Below, piece after piece: positions 34,439-46,309 of a DNA stretch of 64,000 nucleotides (the first letter of the stretch is position 1; every line of letters begins with the position of its first letter). The position numbers and the translations under genes were made by a program. The notes beneath the pieces are model-generated. The model saw only the letters and a list, made by a program, of their open reading frames with translations. It was not told the DNA's origin and made no database searches. Source of the stretch: Macrostomum lignano (Eukaryota); the NCBI GenBank assembly GCA_002269645.1, contig NIVC01000672.1, forward strand, positions 248,001-312,000, in the 5' to 3' direction.

Positions 34439-35821
34439 GCAACACCTTTCTCCTGCCGAAGAATCTGCCGGCTAAGATTTCGTCGCAGTTCTCAGGCGGC
34501 CAGAGCCCCGGACTGGCCTACAACGGCAACAATGAAGGGCACTTGGTGACTTCCGCGCAGTGCGTCTGCAACTCTGGCGGGGACGCCGTGCCCTGGTGGA
34601 TGCTGGACCTGCAACAGGAATACCGCATCGCTAGTGTCCAGGTGTGGAACCGTCTGGATGCCTCTGATGAGATCCGCTTCACCCAGGTTAGCCTCGGTGA
34701 GTCAGCGATTACCCGGATGTGATTCACCCAGATACAATTCCCCCAGATGCAATTCCCCGGATACAATTCCCCAGACACAATTCCCCCATATGCAATTCCC
34801 AGATAAAATTCCCCAGAATGCAATTCACCAGATGAAATTCCCCATGATATTCTCAGGCATATCATCCAACCAGGCGGTGTGGTCCAGCTTCGACCAAAGC
34901 TTGTTCATCCGCTGCTCCTACTGGACCGGGGTGCCGACCGACGCCACCAACCCGATCCCTCTCAACTGCTCCCAGCCGGTGTCCGGCCGCTACCTGGCCC
35001 TGTACAAGAACCGCACAGGCCTCACCGCCAGCACTCAGAACTACTTCAACTTCTGCGAGGTTGACGTCTACGCTGGTGAGTAGTGGGTGCTCTGGTGCTG
35101 GCGCCTCTGGTGCTGGCGCCTCTGGTGCTGGCGCCTCTGGTGCTGGCGCCTCTGGTGCTGGCGCCTCTGGTGCTGGCGCCTCTGGTGCTGGCGCCTCTGG
35201 TGCTGGCGCCTCTGGTGCTGGCGCCTCTGGTGCTGGCGCCTCTGGTGCTGGCGCCTCTGGTGCTGGCGCCTCTGGTGCTGGCGCCTCTGGTGCTGGCGCC
35301 TCTGGTGCTGGCGCCTCTGGTGCTGGCGCCTCTGGTGCTGGCGCCTCTGGTGCTGGCGCCTCTGGTGCTGGCGCCTCTGGTGCTGGCGCCTCTGGTGCTG
35401 GCGCCTCTGGTGCTGGCGCCTCTGGTGCTGGCGCCTCTGGTGCTGGCGCCTCTGGTGCTGGCGCCTCTGGTGCTGGCGCCTCTGGTGCTGGCGCCTCTGG
35501 TGGCATCAATACAGGCCTGCTCTCTCCCCGCTGCAAATTTCAGTTGCAGGGTACAACGAGCTCAGCGCTCAGGACGTGAAGCCAGCCTTCTCGGCCACAT
35601 CAGCCAGCCTGCTGTCCGTGGAGCAGCGGACAAGATCGAAGGTCGAGTGCCTGCAGTTCTGCCTGACGCGGCCGGACTGCAAGCTCGTCCTGTTCCGCGC
35701 CTCCGAGCTCGAGTGCCGCCTCTTCAACTCCGCCGCCGTTCCGGCCGAATCCTCCGCCCTGGCCGGCAGCCCCGATGCGAAAGTCCTGGCTGTGCAGTTC
35801 CGCATGAGCGGCAGAGGCTGA
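34439..35821 (+). CDS. F-type lectin (fucolectin/F5/8C-like) domain plus C-terminal PAN/apple domain
   Basis: Exons 34439-34696, 34857-35075, 35544-35821 (all phase 1). PWWMLDLQQEYRIASVQVWNRLD and GRYLALY...FCEVDVY are FTLD signatures; SKVECLQFCLTRPDCKLVLF....CRL is a PAN pattern. A candidate hydrophobic first exon ends at 33510 (…SALLLSASSPSVAVAMA|G), but no ATG was found upstream of it. Confidence 0.85.
35090..35500 (+). repeat. Perfect 15-bp minisatellite CTCTGGTGCTGGCGC
   Basis: About 27 invariant units inside the intron 35076-35543. Confidence 0.97.
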
Positions 35822-36404
35822 TTGGCCTGCGAGTGCCACATCCCTGATGTTGACAGACTCAAGAAATCAAGAAACTGTCACTTGTCTATGTTTTTCCTTG
35901 TCTGTTTCAGCCAATGGATTCTTCATATGCCTCATGATGGAGGATAGATGCTGAATTCTGTTTGGCAACAAGACAGACGCTTTGATCCTTCATGATGCCA
36001 CTTTTATCCCTTAGAATTCTGTCCGGATATTTATCAATATATTATATAGAGACACCAGCCTAACAGACAGACAAATGTTGGGCTTGTGTTTGTGGTTTAT
36101 GCTCAGCGAGTGCATGCTGCACTTGTCTCTCTCTCTCTTTTACTTATTTCGCTTCTTCTATGCTTTTTCATACTCATGTTTGCACCATTTGTGCATGCTT
36201 TTGACCCCAAATATTATTGATTCAATATTTACTTTGCACCTGCCCTGCCATACGCGAGTTTTCAATAAAAAGTTTGCCTATGAGCCATCGTTTCCTCGCC
36301 TCTTTGCTTGTAATTATGACTTGTCAAATACACTTGACAATTGACTTGTCAATTTGTCTAGACTGACTAGATTTGTCTCGCTGCACTGCAATCTACCAGA
36401 TACC

Positions 36405-38255
36405 AGACACACACACAGACACCAAGGACACACAGACACCAAGGACACACAGGCACCAAGGACACACAGACACCAAGGACACACAGACACCAAGGACACA
36501 CAGGCACCAAGGACACACAGACACCAAGGACACAGACACCAAGGACACACAGACACCAAGGACACACAGACACCAAGGACACACAGGCACCAAGGACACA
36601 CAGACACCAAGGACACACAGACACCAAGGACACACAGACACCAAGGACACACAGACACCAAGGACACACAGGCACCAAGGACACACAGACACCAAGGACA
36701 CACAGACACCAAGGACACACAGACACCAAGGACACACAGGCACCAAGGACACACAGACACCAAGGACACACAGACACCAAGGACACACAGGCACCAAGGA
36801 CACACAGACACCAAGGACACACAGGCACCAAGGACACACAGACACCAAGGACACACAGACACCAAGGACACACAGGCACCAAGGACACACAGACACCAAG
36901 GACACACAGACACCAAGGACACACAGGCACCAAGGACACACAGACACCAAGGACACACAGGCACCAAGGACACACAGACACCAAGGACACACAGACACCA
37001 AGGACACACAGACACCAAGGACACACAGACACCAAGGACACACAGACACCAAGGACACACAGGCACCAAGGACACACAGACACCAAGGACACACAGACAC
37101 CAAGGACACACAGGCACCAAGGACACACAGACACCAAGGACACACAGACACCAAGGACACACAGACACCAAGGACACACAGACACCAAGGACACACAGGC
37201 ACCAAGGACACACAGACACCAAGGACACACAGACACCAAGGACACACAGACACCAAGGACACACAGACACCAAGGACACACAGACACCAAGGACACACAG
37301 ACACCAAGGACACACAGACACCAAGGACACACAGGCACCAAGGACACACAGACACCAAGGACACACAGGCACCAAGGACACACAGGCACCAAGGACACAG
37401 AGACACCAAGGACACACAGACACCAAGGACACACAGACACCAAGGACACACAGGCACCAAGGACACACAGACACCAAGGACACACAGGCACCAAGGACAC
37501 ACAGACACCAAGGACACACAGACACCAAGGACACACAGGCACCAAGGACACACAGACACCAAGGACACACAGGCACCAAGGACACACAGACACCAAGGAC
37601 ACACAGACACCAAGGACACACAGGCACCAAGAACACACAGACACCAAGGACACACAGACACCAAGGACACACAGGCACCAAGGACACACAGACACCAAGG
37701 ACACACAGGCACCAAGGACACACAGACACCAAGGACACACAGACACCAAGGACACACAGACACCAAGGACACACAGACACCAAGGACACACAGACACCAA
37801 GGACACACAGGCACCAAGGACACACAGACACCAAGGACACACAGACACCAAGGACACACAGACACCAAGGACACACAGACACCAAGGACACACAGACACC
37901 AAGGACACACAGACACCAAGGACACACAGGCACCAAGGACACACAGACACCAAGGACACACAGGCACCAAGGACACACAGACACCAAGGACACACAGACA
38001 CCAAGGACACACAGGCACCAAGGACACACAGACACCAAGGACACACAGGCACCAAGGACACACAGACACCAAGGACACACAGGCACCAAGGACACAGAGA
38101 CACCAAGGACACACAGACACCAAGGACACACAGACACCAAGGACACACAGGCACCAAGGACACACAGACACCAAGGACACACAGGCACCAAGGACACACA
38201 GACACCAAGGACACACAGGCACCAAGGACACACAGACACCAAGGACACAGAGACA
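36405..38255 (+). repeat. 17-bp minisatellite GACACCAAGGACACACA
   Basis: About 108 units with GAC/GGC variants. Confidence 0.97.
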
Positions 38256-38439
38256 CAGAATCAATACTCAACTGAGTGCATGCACATACTAGTAGCTACA
38301 CGACACTGATAAACTGACTGTGCATTGCACAGATACTAATTAGACTGTTCAGGTGGTCCGTAATTTAAGTTTTGTTAATTAGCATCGCTCCATGGGGGAC
38401 TGCAGCTGACAACCACTTTTCAACACACGGTGCTGCAGT

Positions 38440-39610
38440 GGGTCACTGAATGAGCAGCAGTGGTCACTGAATGAGCAGCAGTGGTCACTGAATGAGCAGC
38501 AGTGAGTCACTGAATGGGCAGCAGTGGTCACTGAATGAGCAGCAGTGGTCACTGAATGAGCAGCAGTGGTCACTGAATGGGCAGCAGTGGTCACTGAATG
38601 AGCAGCAGTGAGTCACTGAATGAGCAGCAGTGGGTCACTGAATGGGGCAGCTGTGGGTCACTGAATGAGCAGCAGTGGTCACTGAATGAGCAGCAGTGAG
38701 TCACTGAATGAGCAGCAGTGGGTCACTGAATGGGGCAGCTGTGGGTCACTGAATGAGCAGCAGTGGTCACTGAATGGGGCAGCTGTGGGTCACTGAATGA
38801 GCAGCAGTGGTCACTGAATGAGCAGCAGTGAGTCACTGAATGAGCAGCAGTGGGTCACTGAATGGGGCAGCTGTGGGTCACTGAATGAGCAGCAGTGGTC
38901 ACTGAATGAGCAGCAGTGGTCACTGAATGGGCAGCAGTGGTCACTGAATGAGCAGGAGTGAGTCACTGAATGAGCAGCAGTGGGTCACTGAATGGGGCAG
39001 CTGTGGGTCACTGAATGAGCAGCAGTGGTCACTGAATGAGCAGCAGTGGTCACTGACTGAGCAGCAATGGTCACTGAATGAGCAGCAGTGGTCACTGAAT
39101 GAGCAGCAGTGAGTCACTGAATGGGCAGCAGTGGTCACTGAATGAGCAGCAGTGGTCACTGAATGAGCAGCAGTGAGTCACTGAATGAGCAGCAGTGGTC
39201 ACTGAATGAGCAGCAGTGGTCACTGAATGAGCAGCAGTGGTCACTGAATGGGCAGCAGTGGTCACTGAATGAGCAGCAGTGAGTCACTGAATGAGCAGCA
39301 GTGGGTCACTGAATGGGGCAGCTGTGGGTCACTGAATGAGCAGCAGTGGTCACTGAATGAGCAGCAGTGGTCACTGAATGAGCAGCAGTGGTCACTGAAT
39401 GAGCGGCTGTGGGTCACTGAATGAGCAGCAGTGGTCACTGAATGGGCAGCAGTGGTCACTGAATGAGCAGCAGTGAGTCACTGAATGGGGCAGCTGTGGG
39501 TCACTGAATGAGCAGCAGTGGTCACTGAATGGGGCAGCAGTGGTCACTGAATGAGCAGCAGTGGTCACTGAATGGGCAGCAGTGGTCACTGAATGAGCAG
39601 CAGTGGTCAC
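38440..39610 (+). repeat. 21-bp minisatellite GTGGTCACTGAATGAGCAGCA
   Basis: Tandem units with higher-order variants. Confidence 0.96.
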
Positions 39611-39781
39611 TGGTCACTGGTGGCTAGTTTCCCAAAAGCTAGAAAAAGAGCCAATCAGCGGATTAAACATTCGAGTGATTAATATTTGGCGTTTATTTCT
39701 CCGCTCTCAAAACTAAAACAGAATTTCCGGTTCAGCAGTTTGGCCAGATTGACCTCGAATAGCGCGAGTCGCAGAGGCAGC

Positions 39782-40414
39782 TCAGGTGGCAGCGAACAGC
39801 TTCACCCAGGTGGCCCCTCCGCCTGACCCGCGATACTCAGCCGTCCCGATGGTGTACGGCGTCGCTCGGAAGAAAATGTTCACCCGTCGAAGCCCGCCGT
39901 TCCTTCGGCGCGTGTATTCTTTGACTGCCCCGAGCATGCTGATGCTGCTGCAGTCAGCCCGCAGGTCCACGCTATCGAGAACCTGCTTGGCTGCTGTCAG
40001 CGGCCTTCCACTGGCAGCGAAGGTGTCCCTGGCGCGCTCCAGCTGGGTGTGCAGATCCCGATTGTTCCGGCCGCCCGACTTCCATCTTTCAAGGCCAATA
40101 GAGACGATGAAGCTGCATTTTTTGCCCCCGTTCTGGAACTGGAACTGGAAGCTACGGCAAGGTGAGAAGTGGCTGCCCAGATGGTGTCGTAGACCACCAC
40201 GGTCACCGAGTCGTAGGGAAACCGGATGAATGCCGCATCGTACAGTAATTCGGCCAGCGTGTCGCCGCATGTGAACCTCGCGCGCCGCAGGGCCGTGGTG
40301 AAGGTGTAAATCACATCATTCGGTAGTCCCTTCAGGTTCATGGACTCCTTGTGCAACGGAGAGAAGCAGCAGGGCGGCAGCGGCTGTGAGCTGCGAGAGT
40401 GGCAGTGAGAGCAT
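39782..40414 (-). CDS. Putative small secreted protein (~210 aa) with two apparent 1-nt frameshifts (or a pseudogene)
   Basis: Signal-peptide-like MLSLPLSQLTAAAALLLLSVAQG at 40414; continues in ORF 39997-40356 (MNLKGLPNDVIY...VVVYDTIW), then in ORF 39782-40270 (GSHFSPCRSFQF...KLFAAT). Joins near 40343 and at CCC 40176-40178. Confidence 0.5.
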
Positions 40415-40729
40415 ATTGCTGGCTGATTGGCGCGAGGCGTGTGAGATCAAAAACGGTGTTTTCGAGTATTTATGCAGACATGTACCGAATATGCTTTGTC
40501 GCATAGCTCTGTCTTAGCCTTGTGGGTTTTGATACAAGCAGCTCAGTAGGCTTTCAGTTATTTGAAAATCTGAAATGATTTATTGGTAGAAAATTGTCAA
40601 GAAATTTCAATCTGCTCAATACAGCAACAATGTGGAAACATTTTAGAAAAAAATCTTCGTGAGAAACTATTTCAAAACGCTTTTAGAAATTTGTTTGTAG
40701 CATGCAAATTGCATAAATTCGATTTTATC

Positions 40730-41160
40730 AGGGATTGCTCACTGAATGAAGATCTGTGATCAGATTGCTCACTGAGTAAGTTTGTGATCAGATTGCTCAC
40801 TGAATGAATCGGTGATCAGATTGCTCACTGAATGAATCGGTGATCAGATTGCTCACTGAGTGAATTTGTGATCAGATTTCTCACTTCAACTTCTTCAGCT
40901 TCAGCTTCACTTCAGCTTCACTTCAGATTGCCTCTCCGCTTCATCAGAGAGTGAACCTGCCTCTCCGCTCCATCAGAGAGTTAACCTGCCTCTCCGCTCC
41001 ATCAGAGAGTGAACCTGCCTCTCCGCTCCATCAGAGAGTGAATCAGCCTCTCCGCTCCATCAGAGAGTGAACCTGCCTCTCCGCTCCATCAGAGAGTGAA
41101 TCAGCCTCTCCGCTCCATCAGAGAGTGAATCAGCCTCTCCGCTCCATCAGAGAGTGAATC
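40730..41160 (+). repeat. Two adjacent minisatellites (GATCAGATTGCTCACTGAATG...; 29-bp CTGCCTCTCCGCTCCATCAGAGAGTGAAC)
   Basis: Tandem units at 40730-40885 and 40928-41160. Confidence 0.9.
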
Positions 41161-41339
41161 TGCTACAGACTCTAGCAGATATTCTGCAGACTTGCTCGCC
41201 AACAAAGAGCGCGCATCTCACGGTCGCGCACTTCCTTGGTGTCTATGGGCCAACCCGATTGGTTCTGCGGCACTCTGCTGCCATATTGGTGACTTTGTCT
41301 GGCTCAGCAGCAAAGGCCCTCTCACACCTGACCCAAGCA

Positions 41340-42677
41340 ATGGCCACTGCTGACCAGCTGCGAGCTGCCCTGGATGCTGACGACTGCGACCGGCTGCTGC
41401 AGCTGTGCGGGCAGCTGGACACCAACCTGACGGTGAGGACAGCCAGTTACGAAGGCCCGGTGGTTCACCAAGTCGCTAGAAGGCCGTACGGACTCGACTG
41501 TCTCAAGCTGCTGGTTAGGAAGTTCGGAACTGCCTGCCTGTCAAAATCAAGGGATGAACATGGATTTCTCGCTGTGCACCTGGCAGCTCAGTACCAGAGT
41601 GCGGCTTCCATGGAGTTCATCTACAGCTGCTTGGGACCTGCGTGCCTCAAGCTGAGGGGATACCACGGCAGAACCATGGTGCACACGGCGGCGCTGAACC
41701 CGCACAGCAACTCGGCTCTGAAGTGGCTGGTTCAGAAGGCTGGACCAAACTGCCTCAGGGTGGAAGCTTCTGGTGGCAGCACGCCTGCGCACCTGTCAGC
41801 CATGATTCAGGGCTGCGACTCGTTGCAGTTCATCAAGGAGCAGCTCGGGTCCGGCTGCTTTAAGCAGCGGTGCGAGTTTGGCCGCACAGTCGTTCACGAG
41901 GCAGCCATGAATTTGAGCAGCAACTCAGCCTTCAGGTGGCTGGTCAGCGAGTGCGGCTCAGACTCTCTGATGGAGACGGATAAGCAGGGCTGCACTCCCG
42001 TTCACCTGGCCGCATTCAGACAGGGCTCCGACTCGATGCAGTTCATCAAGGAGCAGCTCGGTCCTGACGTCTTCATGCTGAAAGGCCTCAGCGAAGATAC
42101 TTCGGTGCACTGCGCAGCGAGAAACGTCATCAGCAACTCCGCCTTTGACTGGTGCGTCAAGGAGCTGGGAGCGGATTGTCTGCTGGCCAAGAATGCGTTT
42201 GGCGAAACACCGGTTCACCAGGCAGCTCAGCATCAGGACGAGAAGTCGATGCAGCTGGCGGTGAGCTCGCTCGGACCGAAATGCCTCACGGTGGCATCTG
42301 ACAAGCAGAGAACTGCGGCCCATTTCGCAGCCATCAACTGCAGAAGCAGCTCCGCACTGCGGTGGATTGTCGGCCAGCTGGGACCCGACTGCCTGCAGCT
42401 GAGGGACACCGACGGCAGCCTGGCGCTGCACCTGGCAGCTCGGCATCAGGACGTGGACTCGCTGAGGCTCATCAAGGAGACGCTGGGCATCGCCGCCTTC
42501 GGTCTGACGAATCGTAGCGGTCAGACGGTGGCTCACTATGCCGCTGCGAACAGCAAGAAGCAGCAGCTGATGGACTGGCTCCTCAGCGAGGTCGGGCCGC
42601 AGTGTCTGGTCCTGCCCGACTCAAATGGCCGAACGGCTGCTGAGATGGCTGGCTACAGCCTGGCAATGGACAGGTGA
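41340..42677 (+). CDS. Intronless ankyrin-repeat protein (445 aa, ~10 repeats)
   Basis: First ATG at 41340; repeated G-x-T-P/V-x-H-x-A-A motifs at ~36-aa spacing (GSTPAHLSA, GRTVVHEAA, GCTPVHLAA, GETPVHQAA, GQTVAHYAA). Confidence 0.92.
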   Translation: MATADQLRAALDADDCDRLLQLCGQLDTNLTVRTASYEGPVVHQVARRPYGLDCLKLLVRKFGTACLSKSRDEHGFLAVHLAAQYQSAASMEFIYSCLGPACLKLRGYHGRTMVHTAALNPHSNSALKWLVQKAGPNCLRVEASGGSTPAHLSAMIQGCDSLQFIKEQLGSGCFKQRCEFGRTVVHEAAMNLSSNSAFRWLVSECGSDSLMETDKQGCTPVHLAAFRQGSDSMQFIKEQLGPDVFMLKGLSEDTSVHCAARNVISNSAFDWCVKELGADCLLAKNAFGETPVHQAAQHQDEKSMQLAVSSLGPKCLTVASDKQRTAAHFAAINCRSSSALRWIVGQLGPDCLQLRDTDGSLALHLAARHQDVDSLRLIKETLGIAAFGLTNRSGQTVAHYAAANSKKQQLMDWLLSEVGPQCLVLPDSNGRTAAEMAGYSLAMDR

Positions 42678-42854
42678 CCCGGCTGGCTACTACCTGGCAA
42701 TGGACAGGTGACCCGGCTTCGCTTTATCATTTCTGAGTTCTCATTCTGATAATTTGAGTACTACCACAAGTTTTTTTTCAAATAAACAGTTCACAGAGAA
42801 ACGCTAGGCCGTGACTCCTTCCGCCGTTACGATGTGCCTTGGAATTATTTGCTT

Positions 42855-42910
42855 TGTGAAAGTGGTTAGCGAAGCCCCAGATGGGTCCCGGGTTCGAATC
42901 TGCGCTTGGC
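42855..42910 (+). mobile_element. tRNA-derived SINE-like head
   Basis: A-box-like AGTGGTTAGCG at 42861 and B box GGTTCGAATC at 42891, without a full cloverleaf. Confidence 0.45.
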
Positions 42911-43589
42911 CTCAATACACGAGCACTATATGGAAGCCTCTTACAGTGACCCTGGCTCCGGACCTCTGCCTTTCCTTGGCCGTGTGTCGTATGAAAAATC
43001 TTGTCCAGGCATCTTACTACTAACAGTAGGAATACCAATTGCCTTTTTTTCGCGCGGAGACCCCCCCCCCGATATTCGCGACAGAACGCAGGCACACGAA
43101 AGTCAAGAGCCCGGGCTCACTTTTTGTCGCGCTCCTGCTCAAACAAGAACCAAGTCGCCAGCCCTCCGGACATCGTCGAAATTTTCCATAATTCTGCCAG
43201 AAGGTCAGATTTTTCCCATAAGCGCTGTGCAGCCTTGCCAAGCCTCCAAAACGTACAGAATATTAAATAAGCACTTAAGGCTCACTGGTTTTAACAGCAT
43301 AAAGTAATAACTCATGATTATGACGGCTATCTACATCTACCGATATAGCATTGCTGAAATTATCAGACAGCATAACTGACTTGAAACGAAAACATGGAAC
43401 TGGAATTTGTTGAATTTGGCTTCTGGCGAGAAATGCAGTTGTTCTGCGCCCCTTCATCAGGAGCGCCCGCCTGCAGCCCAACCTGTTGGGACGCTGCGAC
43501 CCCCCCCCCCCAGGTCAACCAGTCAGAGCTGCCGTCCGGTGTCCGAGAGAGGGAGGCAATATTTCCCAGAAATCGTTATATGCAACAAT

Positions 43590-43870
43590 ATTAATCTACG
43601 ATTGCTATTGCAAAGTTATTGCGAAGAATTGGAACAGTTGTCAATTGCATTATTCAGAGTGTGATTCACTGCATGCTATTTTCTGTGATTGTATTCAGGA
43701 TGTTTATGAGGATCTGGAAAAAAAGATCATTTAGACGCATCAGATTATCCAACCAATCATCCGCTATACTCCGAGGAGAATAAAAGTCATTGGAAAGTTG
43801 AAAGATTAAATGAATATTTAAGTAATTTCCAGAGCTGTATTCCTGCGCTCAAAGCAGTATGCATTTGAGA
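43590..43870 (+). mobile_element. Decayed Polinton/Maverick protein-primed DNA polymerase B fragment
   Basis: Across frameshifts and stops: IYDCYCKVIAKNWNSCQLHYSECDSL (cf. YTDTDS), DVYEDL, LDASDYPTNHPLYSEENK-VIGKLKD, FLRSKQYA. Confidence 0.75.
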
Positions 43871-45559
43871 GAGTGTGTTGAGATCAAGGGGGTTGATAAA
43901 GCAGTACTATTATAAATTTTGAAACGTACGTATGGATTTCAAAGCGATTAAAAGAAGCAATGTAAGTATGATTGTATTTGACGAAAATAGTATAAATTTC
44001 GCGATATTTTGAAACAAACAATGAGTTCTTTATATGATAAAATATATTATTTGGATCCGACAGGGTCTCTTCCTCATCAACCAATCCAATCCCATTGATA
44101 AAGTCTTCGTTAATTTTTATCGTGCAGTAAAACAGAACAGCAGACGGTCTCTGCAGATGAGATTGTCACCAATGGCGCACTCAGCCCGGAGGGTTGCGGT
44201 GCGGCCTGGGTTTGCTGGGCCGATGATCAGGAAGATGACCGCGCTTTGTGCTGCAGGCAACTGGCAAGCGGACCACCTGGTCAGGCCTCTTGCTGAGCTC
44301 AGGCGGCAGCTTGAGCCCCAGAAGTGGTATTGCCCTGCTACAGTGAGATCCATCGGGAATTCGGGTATCCTAGGCTTTGGAGATGTCGCTTGCGCGTGAC
44401 GCCATTGATCTCCCAGGCTGCCCAACTGGTCGACTCTGCCTGATGGGTAGTTTACGCCGGCGGATGATGGTCTCTGAGGAGGCCGGACCTGGTCTGCTAA
44501 GCGTGGTGGCAGTTCCAGACCTTGCAAAAAAGTAGAGCTTCGCAGTTAGGACCAGCCGAAATTCTCGCCCACGAAGGCGCTCACCCAGGCCACTCCAAAA
44601 TTACTGCTATCTTTGTGATGCAGCCCAAGCTCTGAGCTACGAAAATGGGAGTCCAAGGTTCAGGTGGCCTGAGTCTATACTCCTGGAGACCCACCAACCC
44701 AGCGGCAGAGCCCACTTGGCCAGTGCTGATCCGCGCTCTTAACAACAAAACAGAACATTTATAGTTTCAAACTGCTTACTCTTTATCCTGCGCCTATTAC
44801 GGCCTATATCGATAATCAGCAACATTGAAAAGTTGCCACTCTATGCGCCAGTGAGCAATTTCTGTTGGACTATTCTGAAATAAAAGATACGAGAAAACTG
44901 ATCGGGGTAGCTTTGATCCGTCCAACCCTCGCACACCGCTTCCCCCCCCCCACTTCATTGCTCAACTCAAGTCTTCTGTGATGGCGACTTTTAGATGTTT
45001 CTGAGTCTATATCATTGTGATTCTTGAAGAAATCAGTTAATATTGCTGTCGAAATTCTTGTTCTCCGGCCATGTCGGGAGAGATTCCTACAGTATTCGGT
45101 ATCCTTTGCGGCAAGGTGTACTGCGCTAATTTGGACATTTTCTCCTCATGCATTTTCTAAAAATTCATACGAATTCATTCGTGTTTTCAATGACATTTTG
45201 AGATAGATAAATTTCACCTTTTGTTTGCCTGACAAGTTCAAGCAGATGTTCACCTCAGCAAGCTTATATTTATGTGCCTAAAATGTCCCCTAATGCACCA
45301 AAGTACCTGTCAACGCCTCGACAACCAGCGCAGAACGTAGACAACACGCGTCTTCGGAGTGAGATCGGCGATTCTTTTTAAAGACTCAATTCTCGATCGC
45401 AGAGCCGACCTGCTGGATTTCACACTTCAGCATATGCGACGGCTAGTCGTGTATTTACTGATGTATGCTGGATGTGGAGCCAGTCTGCCGGATCGCCTAT
45501 TCCATCTGAATCGACTCCAATCGTAAAGTCTCTATCGATATCTCTTGAAGCAGATGCTC

Positions 45560-45800
45560 CGGTCCAGTCCGCTGCCTCCAATTGTATCGATGAGATCAAT
45601 CACGACGGGTTGTCCAAGCCGGCTTGAATTGTGTTAAATCTAGCAAGCCATACAGGTACTGCTGTCTCCAACCTCGTGGACGAGCTGATGGAGGATGGTG
45701 TCTTCGTGGAAAGCTTTTTTGGTCGCACTATCTCTTCTCAAGCCCACTGAATCAAGGGCGGCGTTGTCAGGTTCTTCTTTAATTCGTTGATTCTATTTTA
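45560..45800 (-). mobile_element. Possible decayed Ty3/Gypsy RT-RNase H linker fragment
   Basis: Minus strand gives INELKKNLTTPPLI, then KKAFHEDT and AVPVWLARF across stops and shifts; weak. Confidence 0.3.
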
Positions 45801-46309
45801 GGTGGAAGTTTAGTCTCGCTGCTTCCGGTATTCAAATATTTACTGTTAGAAAGAAACGGAAAATTTTGAGAATAAAAAAGCTTTAATATCACAAATAATC
45901 TGATTAATTGATAGACAGACACCAATGCGCCATGAACGATGTGAAATATCAAATAGACTTTTTTCCTGAGTTATTGTTTGTCTGAGCTGTATAGCCGTGT
46001 GCATTATAACAGAATGTAATGTGATGTAGACAGGAAGAGTGGGCAGGGAGAGGTAGACAGTGCAGTGCAGGTGTCTGCCTTTGCTTCATTTCTTCAGTCA
46101 TTATGGACATTGCGAGAGATTTCTGATACAAAAGAAACATGCAGTTCAAAATGCACTGAAACCATGCTTGCCATTATACTACTGCTAGTAATATTTAGCA
46201 AAAAACAGCTCAAAGATAGCTGAGAAAACATGATGCGACAGTCGGTCTCAATTCCAGGAAATTCGACTGAAACAAACCAATGAACCTGCCGATCGTTGCA
46301 TGCATGTAG

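Noticed and set aside
36314-38309. 600+ aa ORFs in several frames on both strands
   Set aside because: Artefact of a stop-free 17-bp minisatellite; no unique coding sequence.
44140-44700. Decayed LINE 3' end on the minus strand (IIRRRKL, GRTATL, ICRDR)
   Set aside because: Motifs are too short and scattered across frames to call without a profile search.
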